From NCBI GenBank assembly GCA_964019335.1, contig OZ025753.1, positions 186,001 to 250,000 on the forward strand: a stretch of 64,000 nucleotides of DNA, given 5' to 3'. Below the pieces are notes generated by a model that did no database searches, was not told the DNA's origin, and worked only from the letters and a program-made list of their open reading frames with translations. Position 1 is the stretch's first letter. The number at the start of each line of letters is the position of its first letter. The position numbers and the translations under genes are program-made. This stretch comes from Diplonema japonicum. Taxonomy: Eukaryota > Protista > Euglenozoa: Diplonemea. Of the stretch, positions 23,329 through 33,715 are shown piece by piece.

Positions 23329-24606
23329 ATGGCGCCACACAACCAAGCAGGGGACGTCTCATACCGCGAGTCCGAAGGCCGTGCTGGGATAGAAGTCATG
23401 CAACGACTGTCACGCTCCGTGCTGCAAGTGGAATGGGGCACCCTTGACAGCGACGTCTTGCACTGCACAGCAAAGGGGTACAACACTCGTGACATAAACC
23501 TGTGGGGGGTTAGAGACGGTGTCCCTGCCATGGGTATCAACAGCTCGAAGAAGCGCGTGACGGTGAAGGAGCTGCACAAGGAGAAGGCAAGACTGCACAT
23601 GTGGCGCTGCCCTCCCGACGCACCAGCTGCAACCAGTGGGGACGCCGGGGAGGGCAGCGTACGTCGGAAGAGGCAAACACACCAGCACAAAGGAGAAGGA
23701 AGTGTGTGCACCAACAACGACGGGAACGGTGGGTGCAGCTACAACGTGGCAAGCGCGACTGGAAAAGCTGAAGCTCAAGACGCGGACACTGCAACAACAG
23801 CTCGAGCAGGCAGTTGAGGACAAGGGGCTAAGCAAGCCGACCCTGAACACGATAAGAAACATGAACAGGGAAGCAATGGCTCTGGCAGTACCATCTGAAC
23901 CGGTGCCGCACGACGCTGTTCTCATAGAGGACATGCTGGCAGCAGCGCTGAACATGGAAGACGCAATTGCAGCTGAGGAACGGAAGAAAAGGACCGAGGC
24001 GAACACGTCACGGAGACGAGAATACCTGGCCGAGGTTGCAGCAGGACGCGAGACAACAAGACTGGTAAAAGTCGCGAGAGGCAAACGTCAAAGCGACGGA
24101 ACCAGGGCGGTCAAGGAAGGGATGGTGCTCTTTGCGTCCCCCGGACTGATCGACAGCGTCATGCGCAAGGCGTGGAAGACCGTCTTTGCGAAATACGAGT
24201 CCCGACCGGAGCCCCTCTATGCCCCCTTCAAGGCAAAGTACAGCAAGTTCGTGCAACGGCATGAGATGGAGAGGACACAACTGACGGGAGCAAGGCTGAG
24301 GGAAGTGCTCAGAAAGAAAAGCAAGAAAAGCGCGGCAGGCATCGACGGGTGGAGGATGCTAGAGCTACGGAAACTACCAGAGTCAGTACTAGACGCCTGG
24401 GCGATGCTCTTCCATGCGATCGAAGCAACGGGGAGGTGGCCGGAAGCCATGAAAACGGCACTGGTTACCCTCGTACCGAAGTGCGACGATGCGGGACCAC
24501 TGGAGCACAGGCCTATCACAGTCACATCTGCGGTGTACAGACTCTGGGCATGCGCGCGACTGTCTGATATCCTCATCTGGCAGGAGAAATGGATACACGA
24601 CAAGCA
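23329..24606 (+). mobile_element. LINE family A internal fragment with a different 5' segment
   Basis: 23630-24606 is essentially identical to 14311-15287; 23329-23629 is an unrelated GC-rich ORF start. Confidence 0.9.
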
Positions 24607-24948
24607 TTGTTTGGCCTTTAAAAAAATACTTTCTTACTCTTCTTCCCAGGAAAAATAAAAAGGAAAAGAAAAATTGGTTTTTGAACGAAGAAGTGGGATG
24701 TTAAGTTGTTAAAAGAAAGGGGGGAAAGATTCCCCCCCCCAAAAAAAATGTAACAGCTTCCTTTTTCTTTTTCCCCTTTCTTTTTTTTTTTCTTTTTTTC
24801 TTTTTTTCCCGCAAATAGCAGTAATTGCTAACCTTACAATTGGAAGAATAAAAAGTCTTTTTCAAAAAAAGGAAAAAAAAAAGTATTTTTCTTTTCTTTC
24901 TGTTCTGTTTTCATTAGGATACCGCGCAACAACGCGCGACTGAATCAT

Positions 24949-25053
24949 AAAAAAAAAAAATATATATGAGTTAAAGGAAGTCTTTGTGAGACGCCCCCTT
25001 GTTCTCATCTTCTACCTGCACCTATCCCCTTTCAGCAGCGGTTTCTCCTCCTT
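24949..25053 (-). mobile_element. LINE family A extreme 3' fragment, antisense
   Basis: Reverse complement of ~17559-17655, including the (AT)n(T)n tail. Confidence 0.9.
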
Positions 25054-25290
25054 ACCCGTCTTATCTACTCGATATCAAATAAAAAGAAAGTAAACTTTTT
25101 TTTTTTTAAAAAAAAGAAATCCCACTTCGCTCCGTATTTCCACCCTGCCTTTTATCGAAAATCAAAAAAAAAAACCCCTCTTTTTTTTTTTTTTTTCTTC
25201 TCTCTCTTTCTCTTTCATCGTTCTCCTTTTTTTTTTTTTTTTCATTTTCTTTTTTTTCAAATAAAAAAGAACTTTTTTTAGGTAGGTGTC

Positions 25291-27438
25291 ATGAAGTGCT
25301 GCCTCTTCTCACGCGCGGTTCTCCCAACAGATGACCCAACTACTGCGTTCGGTAAAAAGGTCTTCATCACCGGTCTTCTTGTGAATGCGTCGATATACCT
25401 TTTCTTTATGATAGTGAGCGCGGAGTCGGTCCTCGTGTTCTGGCGCCGGCTTCTCTTTGTCATCGTATCCCTGTGCATCGCAGGCCAGATTGTTGTTGAA
25501 AAAAAGCTGCGGCACCCCTTACTTAACTTCACAGTATTCTTCTTTGCTGGAATGTACTTATTCGGTGACCTCATATCAGTTGTTGAAAGCCCCATCAGAG
25601 GGTGGCCATACTTCATGGTTTTTATCGATGTGTGCCTCGTCACTAGGCTTGACAGCTATGTCACGATGTCCTTGCTTGTCATGCTCATCCTCTACCTTAC
25701 TATACTCTTCTTCGAGAACACCTACCGGTTCGGCCTTTACGATCTTTCATTTCTCGCCTCGCAAGAAGAGCGTCGCAAGGTTGTAGACTGTTCCAGCCTT
25801 CCCTGTCCGATGGAGTTGGGTATGAGCTCACAGCTTTTTTCGTCTCAAGTGTTCGTGTTCCTTCTTGACTTCTACTTCACACGCAGCTTTGCGAACGGCC
25901 TCCATGCGGAGCACGACAAGATGAACAAGGTGATCGCGGCGACGGAGCAGATTGCGACCTCCTTCTCCCGTTTCGACCTTGAAGCGGCAGAGGCTGTCAT
26001 CGACTCCGCCTCCCTCCCCCCTCCGCTGCTCCTCTCCTTCAGCAAGATCTTGGAAAACCTGAAGGGTTACCGTCCTTACCTCCCCGATGCCCTCTTCCAC
26101 AGCATGCACACCGAGGCATTGGCAAACTTCGACATCCCGGCTCCTGGTCTGAAGTCACACCGGTCTACACTCGTCTTCACCGACATCCAAGGCTCGACGG
26201 CAACATGGGAAGCGTGCCCTGAGGGGATGAGGGATGGGCTTCAGGTCCACAACACTGCAATCCGAGGCTGCATAGTTGACCACAGCGGGTACGAGGTGAA
26301 GACGATCGGGGATGCCTTCATGGTGGCCTTCGAGAGTGCTTCCGATGCTGTGTGGTTCGGTCTGTCTGTTCAGGAGAGGCTCGTGGGAAGCTCGTGGCCT
26401 GAGGAGCTCCTGTGTCTTGAGAGCTGTTCATGGCAGCAAGAAGGCCCCTGGTGTGGACTTCGTGTTCGTGTTGGAATACACTGCGGGGAGGTGGAGGTGC
26501 AGCTGAACAACTTGACTAATCGGTACGACTACTTCGGGAGCACTGTGAACAAGGCGGCTCGCATGGAAGGGGCTTGTGTGGGCGGGGCTGTTGCTGTCAC
26601 TTCTGAGGTGTTGGAAGCAGCTGCTCCACTTGAATCCGTTCGTCTCATCCCAATGGGAGAGACGAGAATAAAGGGCATCGATGGTCCAGTGTCTCCCTTC
26701 CTCCTTCTACCTGAAAGCCTTTGTGGGAGGAAGCCATTTGTGGAGCAACAGCTTCTTCTGAAGCGTGAGAACAGGAGGCTGGCAACCAGCCTTGCTCTGA
26801 GCCGCCAAACGGAATTAAGCCGCATCAGTGAGGGCAGTCAGCTGTCTTCCCACCACATGCAGCACTGCACCTCTGCCACTGTTGGGAGGGTGGTGGTTGT
26901 TTTGAGGAGCTATGTGTCAGGTGGCGAGGTAGCAACCACCATGAACAACGGGCTTCTTAAGGTTCTGACATGCACTGAGAGGTCACACGGTTCTGTTCTG
27001 TCGCTTCAAGGGAACAGGGTAGGGGTGTGCTGGAATGGTTTGAAGAGTTGTGCGACTCATGTTGAGAACTCGTTGGCGTTCGTGAAGATGCTCGGGAGGG
27101 CAGACCCATGTTTCCACATCGGGCTGTCCACTGGGGCCATTCTCTACGGGACTGTGGGTACTCGGGCTCAGAAGTTCATGTCCGTCCTCGGGGCCTGTGT
27201 TGCGGTGGGCGACACGTTGTGTGACGATGCTGTTTCGGATGGTGTTCTGTGTTACTACGCGGCACGCAACGAGCCAGCTGAGATGGATGAGCTCCACATG
27301 GCACAGACAGGCAGCAGCACGGTACTGGCACCTGATGACTGTCTGATGCAACTGCGGCGGGTGGAGCTAAAGGAGTACGACACACCAGCCTTTTCTTTTT
27401 CCACTTCACTTCCGACTCACCTTTCCCACCTTGTCTAA
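25291..27438 (+). CDS. Multi-TM receptor-type class III adenylate cyclase, paralog 1
   Basis: N-terminal TM bundle; VFTDIQGST, YEVKTIGDAFM, RVGIHCG, DYFGSTVNKAARME; degenerate second cyclase-like domain. Confidence 0.92.
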   Translation: MKCCLFSRAVLPTDDPTTAFGKKVFITGLLVNASIYLFFMIVSAESVLVFWRRLLFVIVSLCIAGQIVVEKKLRHPLLNFTVFFFAGMYLFGDLISVVESPIRGWPYFMVFIDVCLVTRLDSYVTMSLLVMLILYLTILFFENTYRFGLYDLSFLASQEERRKVVDCSSLPCPMELGMSSQLFSSQVFVFLLDFYFTRSFANGLHAEHDKMNKVIAATEQIATSFSRFDLEAAEAVIDSASLPPPLLLSFSKILENLKGYRPYLPDALFHSMHTEALANFDIPAPGLKSHRSTLVFTDIQGSTATWEACPEGMRDGLQVHNTAIRGCIVDHSGYEVKTIGDAFMVAFESASDAVWFGLSVQERLVGSSWPEELLCLESCSWQQEGPWCGLRVRVGIHCGEVEVQLNNLTNRYDYFGSTVNKAARMEGACVGGAVAVTSEVLEAAAPLESVRLIPMGETRIKGIDGPVSPFLLLPESLCGRKPFVEQQLLLKRENRRLATSLALSRQTELSRISEGSQLSSHHMQHCTSATVGRVVVVLRSYVSGGEVATTMNNGLLKVLTCTERSHGSVLSLQGNRVGVCWNGLKSCATHVENSLAFVKMLGRADPCFHIGLSTGAILYGTVGTRAQKFMSVLGACVAVGDTLCDDAVSDGVLCYYAARNEPAEMDELHMAQTGSSTVLAPDDCLMQLRRVELKEYDTPAFSFSTSLPTHLSHLV

Positions 27439-27547
27439 CCTCCTTATCGAAAGAAAAAAAAAAAGAATTCTCACTTATGCTTTTTGAAAACCCTCTTTTT
27501 TTTTTTTTTACGTTTCAACAAAACGACAAATTAGTTTTTTCAGGAAA

Positions 27548-28230
27548 ATGCAGATACCCGCATGCATGCTGCTTGTGGTTTCAGGAGTTGAACTCTGCGT
27601 CGATGGGAAGGTGAGGGCGACTGTTGGATCGAAGGCAAAGCACGGGGACAACGTTTAACACAGAAGAAGCAGGAACAAGATTGTGGTAAACAACATGGCA
27701 ACAGGCCATTCATTGTTGATGGTTCTTATCAGCGCCCCCGAAAGGATTGATCGGTGTTCTTCCCGTTCGACATCGCGATCCACAACTCGCGCGTCTACCT
27801 CGCCCACTACTACGGTCTTCATGTGTTGGATGTTCCGACGGCAGCACGGTACAGTTCTGCGGTGCCAGCATCGACAGACCCCTTCCTTCCTCATTTCAGC
27901 GATGACCACCTCTACGCCGGCAGCGACAACGATCTGTTCACCACTTTCAGCAGTTTCTGAGCTCGCCCCATGCAGTCCCTGTTGAGGAGAACTTTTTCGT
28001 GCGGCTCATCGGCGGCATCAGCCCTGTCGTGAAGCCTGTCGGTTTGTCGAAGCGGACAAAGGGGGGAAAGGATTCCGGCGTGGCTGGGTCAACAGCGCAC
28101 ATGGCTGCACGGGGCAGTGATGGGATGTCACTGAAGATGACGTGCCTACCGAGGCGCACCTCCCTTGCACCTCTCTGCTTGGTAAGGTGCCTTCTTCAAG
28201 TGGCCGTTCTTCAAGGATTTTGCAAGAGAA
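27548..28230 (+). pseudogene. Decayed coding relic with beta-propeller (LVIVD-like) blades
   Basis: GC-rich broken frames; DIAIHNSRVYLAHYYGLHVLDV and HFSDDHLYAG. Confidence 0.35.
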
Positions 28231-28463
28231 AAGTATCTGTTTTTTTTTAAAAAGAACTCTCTGTTTCACTATTTCGGGTTACAATTCGTAAACCCAACGC
28301 AACTGGGGAAGGGGGAGAAAAAAGCAGAGCTCAAACAAGAAGGAGCCTGTTCAAGACAGAAAGGAGAATGCCTTTATCTCTGTTATTCTCTCCACTTTTG
28401 ATACCCTTCTCCCCTATTACTTCTCATTCTCTCATTCAGCAAGGACCTGGGGGTAGGGGGGTC

Positions 28464-30575
28464 ATGAAGTGCTGCCTCTTCTCACGTTTGGTGCTCCCAA
28501 CAGATGATCCCGCCACTGCAGTCAGCAAGAAGATCTTCATTATTGCTTTCATGACAAACCTATCACTCTATCTCGCGAATCTCCCATTCGGCTCAACCAA
28601 GAGTTTTAATACCTGGCGCAGATACATATATATCGCCTTGGTGTCGTGCCTCACAGCTCAGATTGTCATCGAGAGAAGACTCAGGTACTCCCTGATAAAT
28701 CCTGTGCTGATATTTTCTGCTTGCATGTACCTTATATCAGATTTGAGCTTTCTTGTAGACAGCCCCGTCCGAGTGTGGCCAGCCTTCATGGTTTTTATCG
28801 ACATATGTCTCATCACTAAGCTGCACCACGCTATGACGACGGGCTTGCTTGTCATGCTCATCCTCTACCTTACTATACTCTTCTTCGAGAACATCTACCG
28901 GTTCGGCCTTTACGATCTTTCATTTCTCGCCTCGCAAGAAGAGCGTCGCAAGGCTGTAGACTGTTCCAGCCTTCCCTGTCCGATGGAGTTGAGTACTGGC
29001 ATGCAGCTTTATGGGTCTCAGGTCAGCGTGTTCCTCCTCGACTTCTACTTCACACGCAGCTTTGCGAACGGCCTCCATGCGGAGCACGACAAGATGAACA
29101 AGGTGATCGCGGCGACGGAGCAGATTGCGACCTCCTTCTCCCGTTTCGACCTTGAAGCGGCAGAGGCTGTCATCGACTCCGCCTCCCTCCCCCCTCCGCT
29201 GCTCCTCTCCTTCAGCAAGATCTTGGAAAACCTGAAGGGTTACCGTCCTTACCTCCCCGATGCCCTCTTCCACAGCATGCACACCGAGGCATTGGCAAAC
29301 TTCGACATCCCGGCTCCTGGTCTGAAGTCACACCGGTCTACACTCGTCTTCACCGACATCCAAGGCTCGACGGCAACATGGGAAGCGTGCCCTGAGGGGA
29401 TGAAGGATGGGCTTCAGGTCCACAACACTGCAATCCGAGGCTGCATAGTTGACCACAGCGGGTACGAGGTGAAGACGATCGGGGATGCCTTCATGGTGGC
29501 CTTCGAGAGTGCTTCCGATGCTGTGTGGTTCGGTCTGTCTGTTCAGGAGAGGCTCGTAGGAAGCTCGTGGCCTGAGGAGCTCCTGTGTCTTGAGAGCTGT
29601 TCATGGCAGCAAGAAGGCCCCTGGTGTGGACTTCGTGTTCGTGTTGGAATACACTGCGGGGAGGTGGAGGTGCAGCTGAACAACTTGACTGGTCGGTACG
29701 ACTACTTCGGGAGCACTGTGAACAAGGCGGCTCGCATGGAAGGGGCTTGTGTGGGCGGGGCTGTTGCTGTCACTTCTGAAGTGTTGGAAGCTGTGGACCA
29801 GCGTGATTGTATTTCTGTCATCCCAATGGGAGAGACAGAATTAAAGGGTGTAGGTAGTTCGGTGCTTCCCTTCCTCCTTCTACCTGAAAGCCTTTGTGGG
29901 AGGAAGCCATTTGTGGAACAACAACTTCTTCTGAAGCGGAAGGATAGGAAGCTGGCAACCAACTTCGCTTGTCCAGAGTCGCCTACAAGCCGAACAAGTG
30001 AGGGCAGTCAACTGTCTTCCCACCACATGCAGCACTGCACCTCTGCCACTGTTGGGAGGGTGGTGGTTGTTATAAAGAGCTACATTGACGGGGTTGAAGC
30101 GACCATGAACAACGGGCTTCTTAAGGTTCTGACATGCACTGAGAGGTCACACGGTTCTGTTTTGTCGCTTCAAGGGAACAGGGTAGGGGTGTGCTGGAAT
30201 GGTTTGAAGAGTTGTGCGACTCATGTTGAGAACTCGTTGGCGTTCGTGAAGATGCTCGGGAGGGCAGACCCATGTTTCCACATCGGGCTGTCCACTGGGG
30301 CCATTCTCCACGGGACTGTGGGTGCTCGGGTTCAGAAGTTCATGTCCGTCCTCGGGGCCTGTGTTGCGGTGGGCGACACGTTGTGTGACGATGCTGTTTC
30401 GGATGGTGTTCTGTGTTACTACGCGGCACGCAACGAGCCAGCTGAGATGGATGAGCTTTCCATTACAAGCAAGGGCACGGTACTGGCTCCTGATGACTGT
30501 CTGATGCAGCTGCGGCGGGTGGAGTTAATTACTGCATCACAGACCGTACTTGGTTTTGAGGAAGCTTCACCCTAG
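28464..30575 (+). CDS. Multi-TM receptor-type adenylate cyclase, paralog 2
   Basis: Same motifs as paralog 1; start at the shared MKCCLFSR. Confidence 0.92.
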   Translation: MKCCLFSRLVLPTDDPATAVSKKIFIIAFMTNLSLYLANLPFGSTKSFNTWRRYIYIALVSCLTAQIVIERRLRYSLINPVLIFSACMYLISDLSFLVDSPVRVWPAFMVFIDICLITKLHHAMTTGLLVMLILYLTILFFENIYRFGLYDLSFLASQEERRKAVDCSSLPCPMELSTGMQLYGSQVSVFLLDFYFTRSFANGLHAEHDKMNKVIAATEQIATSFSRFDLEAAEAVIDSASLPPPLLLSFSKILENLKGYRPYLPDALFHSMHTEALANFDIPAPGLKSHRSTLVFTDIQGSTATWEACPEGMKDGLQVHNTAIRGCIVDHSGYEVKTIGDAFMVAFESASDAVWFGLSVQERLVGSSWPEELLCLESCSWQQEGPWCGLRVRVGIHCGEVEVQLNNLTGRYDYFGSTVNKAARMEGACVGGAVAVTSEVLEAVDQRDCISVIPMGETELKGVGSSVLPFLLLPESLCGRKPFVEQQLLLKRKDRKLATNFACPESPTSRTSEGSQLSSHHMQHCTSATVGRVVVVIKSYIDGVEATMNNGLLKVLTCTERSHGSVLSLQGNRVGVCWNGLKSCATHVENSLAFVKMLGRADPCFHIGLSTGAILHGTVGARVQKFMSVLGACVAVGDTLCDDAVSDGVLCYYAARNEPAEMDELSITSKGTVLAPDDCLMQLRRVELITASQTVLGFEEASP

Positions 30576-30758
30576 AATGTCTGTTGGCATTCCCCAGCAC
30601 GATACGAGCCAGTTGAGAGCCTGATACGGCCGATAAGTGACAGCAGCCTACAAGTCTTTTCTTTTCGCTTTTTGAACTTCTTCTATTTTTCATTCTCTTC
30701 GAGTTTTACTAACAAACAACCACAGGGGGAGAAGGGCCTTCGTCAGCTAATACTTATA

Positions 30759-31178
30759 ATGCCGAGCTCTATATTCTGCTACGGAACCCTGAGGGCGGAC
30801 TACACGGAGAATGGTGATGCTTGGGGTGTGATGCGAAGCTTTCCTTGCAAATGGTACAAAGCAGAAGTGGAGGGCTACGCGCTACACCAGGAAGAGGGCA
30901 AAGGGTATCCTTTCGCCGTTCCACAGAAGGGCTGCAGGGTTGTTGGGACCGTCCTCGTGTGGGATGAGGGTACATTTGTAGGTGCGCTGAGCAAGTGTGA
31001 CAAGATCGAGAACTACCCTAATATGTATCAACGAAGCCTTACACAGGTCACAGACCTCGAGACCAAGGCAAAGCACGATGCCTATATCTATTTCATGCCA
31101 GCCTCAAAGACAGCTGAATGCAAAAGTACACATTACCCAGAAGGAGACTGGATGGCGACAAGTGGCGAGAAGATGTAG
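30759..31178 (+). CDS. Gamma-glutamylcyclotransferase (GGCT/AIG2-like) family protein
   Basis: IFCYGTLR, YPFA, VVGTV, CDKIENYPNMYQR, AYIY, GDW. Confidence 0.88.
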   Translation: MPSSIFCYGTLRADYTENGDAWGVMRSFPCKWYKAEVEGYALHQEEGKGYPFAVPQKGCRVVGTVLVWDEGTFVGALSKCDKIENYPNMYQRSLTQVTDLETKAKHDAYIYFMPASKTAECKSTHYPEGDWMATSGEKM

Positions 31179-31187
31179 GGTGGAAGG

Positions 31188-31362
31188 GGGCGCTGCTGGC
31201 AAAAAAAAACGCTTCCAAGCGGAAAACGATTTCCTTATTTCTTGGTTCGGATTAAGAAGGAAACGCCTTTTCCCTGCGAAAAGAAATGCGGTTCCCTAGA
31301 TACTCTGAAAAGAAATAAGGTAAAACGGCTATGCGTTTCCCGTTTCTCTGCCAACATAACCC
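31188..31362. mobile_element. Degenerate second copy of the TATGTTGGCA MITE
   Basis: GGGCGCTGCTGGCAAA...CGTTTCCCGTTTCTCTGCCAACATAACCC. Confidence 0.45.
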
Positions 31363-31542
31363 TTTGGGTGGCCGGGAACCACAAGTTACTAGTACTCTTT
31401 TCAAATGACAAACAGTTATTAAAACAAAATATGAAAAGGAGGCGAGAGGGAGGAGGGGGGGTAAAGGAAAAGGGCGGGGGGGGGGGGGGGGGAGAAGAGA
31501 GGCCTCTGATTGCTTCCTTTCCCCTCTCCCTCAAAAAATAAA

Positions 31543-32673
31543 ATGCTTCATCTCATCCTCACGGCACTGATTATGTCGGGGCCGCCTGACCCACACCCAC
31601 ATCCTCCACCGAGGCCGGGGAACAAAGACTGGAGCGTGGGGTGGGGAAAATGCCAGGGAACGTCCCCACAACGGTACAATTACGTAGGTTGGAGAAACAT
31701 GGGGAAAGATGCGTGTGCTGTGCGAACAAGAAGACTGGCAGATGCCAACTCACAAGACTACCAGTTGGTGCTTGGCTTCAATCACAACTGGGCAACTAAC
31801 GAGTGCAGAACCCTGGTGGCCTGGTGGCACGGTAAAGGAGGCCAGCCGCTGCATCCCCCACCACCACCTCAAATCAACAAGTGGCAGTTCGAAAGCCTCG
31901 ACTCCCATAACACATCCGTGACGCCACCCTCCCACGGGTCTAGCATCGGCGAATGGGTTTGCGGTTGGGGCCTTGATTGTCTATACCCTCAACAAAGCAA
32001 AGCGTGTAAACCTCCCAAAACCCCAAGTATTATACCAGCAGTGACGCCAACTCCTACAGCGTATCGTCCGCAGCCAGCTTGCAAGTGCGACCCTGTTATC
32101 TCATACACAGGGCAGGGGGACTGGTACTGTTCTTCCAGATCGTTTGAAACCTCACACGGTCGGAAGTGCTCGCCGATTCAGAACCCCGGTGAGCACTGTG
32201 GGCCGAACGAATTGAAATGCTCTAAAAATGATTCGTCCCACGGGGACTACCCACCAAGCGGTAAGCAGTGCGGGTGTACAGCGTATGTCAACGGATCGTC
32301 AGAGGGCGACGCCATCTTATGTGTGACGGAGCCGAAGGAGCACCACGGTTCTGTCACGGACTGCTCCCTTGCTGATGTGGAGGGTACGTGCAATGCGGAG
32401 AATTCTACCATATGTGCGATGAGAAAGATATACAGGGTCCCCATCACACCGCCCACTACGCAGACGGTCAGCACGCTACAGGAGCAGATCATGACGGCTA
32501 GCAACGTGTCGTTCGACAGTATATCGATCAATAGTGTTTGTCCTTATGCTGCCTGCCCCAACCTCACGTGCCCTGGTACCGCGCAGCTTCGACAGCGGGA
32601 GGGCTGCTTTTACAAACCGAAGGAGAGCGTGACGGTAGATGGAGGGGTTGTTGTTGTGGTGTGGTTATTCTTC

Positions 32674-32704
<31 letters not shown>

Positions 32705-33357
32705 TAAAAAAAAAAAAGGTCGACTTTGACATCGAGATCTCTCAAGAGGTGCACAGAGCAAACAAGGTGGCTGACTTGTTTCAAAACGTCGATCTGGTAT
32801 TGTGTGCAAAAAAAAAGAAGAAGAAAAAAAAAAAGGTTGCCAGCGGAGCGCACCCCACAAACCCGGAAATGCGTGCCTTGGTGTACATGTCGATTGAGAT
32901 TATAGACAGTGTGTACCCCCCAGCTGAGAAGACGGAGGGTCCACAAGCAGAGGGGACTCAGAAAAAAAGTTGGTGGAAAACATACTGGTGGGTAATTGTC
33001 ATTGTTGCCAGCGGCTGCGTTGTGGTAGTAGGCACTGTGCTGAGGGGCGTGCGGTTTTCTGAGGACGTTGACTTCTCAGCAAGTCGGAAAGAAGGGTCTA
33101 GATCCCTGCCTAAGGGGCTTGAGGGGTGCCACAGGACCCACGACAAGAGGTCACGCATGTGGAGGCAAAGGAGTGCCATAAACAATTGCTCCTTCGCATC
33201 TGAGAGCGAGATATGCATTGATGAGGCAGGTGCTCACCTGTTGCCAGTTTCTGAGAGGATAGTTTATAGGCAACACATGCCTCCAGTGCCCTCTATTGAC
33301 TCACTCAGGACTAGGAGCGATTCTTCAGGATCAAGTGAGCCGGAAATGGTTATATAG
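31543..33357 (+). CDS. Cys/Pro-rich type I membrane protein with two probable short introns (~32659-32718 and 32797-32835)
   Basis: Signal peptide MLHLILTALIMSG; Cys-rich ectodomain; TM YWWVIVIVASGCVVVVGTVL; the poly-F/poly-K stretches coincide with phase-0 GT..AG segments. Confidence 0.75.
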
Positions 33358-33715
33358 GGGGTTTTTTTTTTCAAAGAAAAAGCCCGGAGAAAATAACTTT
33401 GAAATGCTAAAAAAAAAAAAAAAGAAAAAAAAAAAGAAAGATTTTCTTTTTTTAGTAAAGGGTTCCCTAACCCGGCGCTCCCGTCCTGTGGGAAAGAAAC
33501 GCCCGTACAGTTTATGTCGAATCACCTTTTAGCCAAAAAAAAAGAAAAAAAGAAAAAAAAGAAGAATGCCGTTATGGTATCGTTATAACGTGGGGGGGGG
33601 GGGGGGGGAAGAAAGTGAAAACAATGAGAAAGAAAAGGTGTAGATCCTACACTAAAGCACGTTCGGTTTTTTTTTTTTATAGGGGGTTACTGGGTAAACT
33701 ATCAAATCATTCAAA

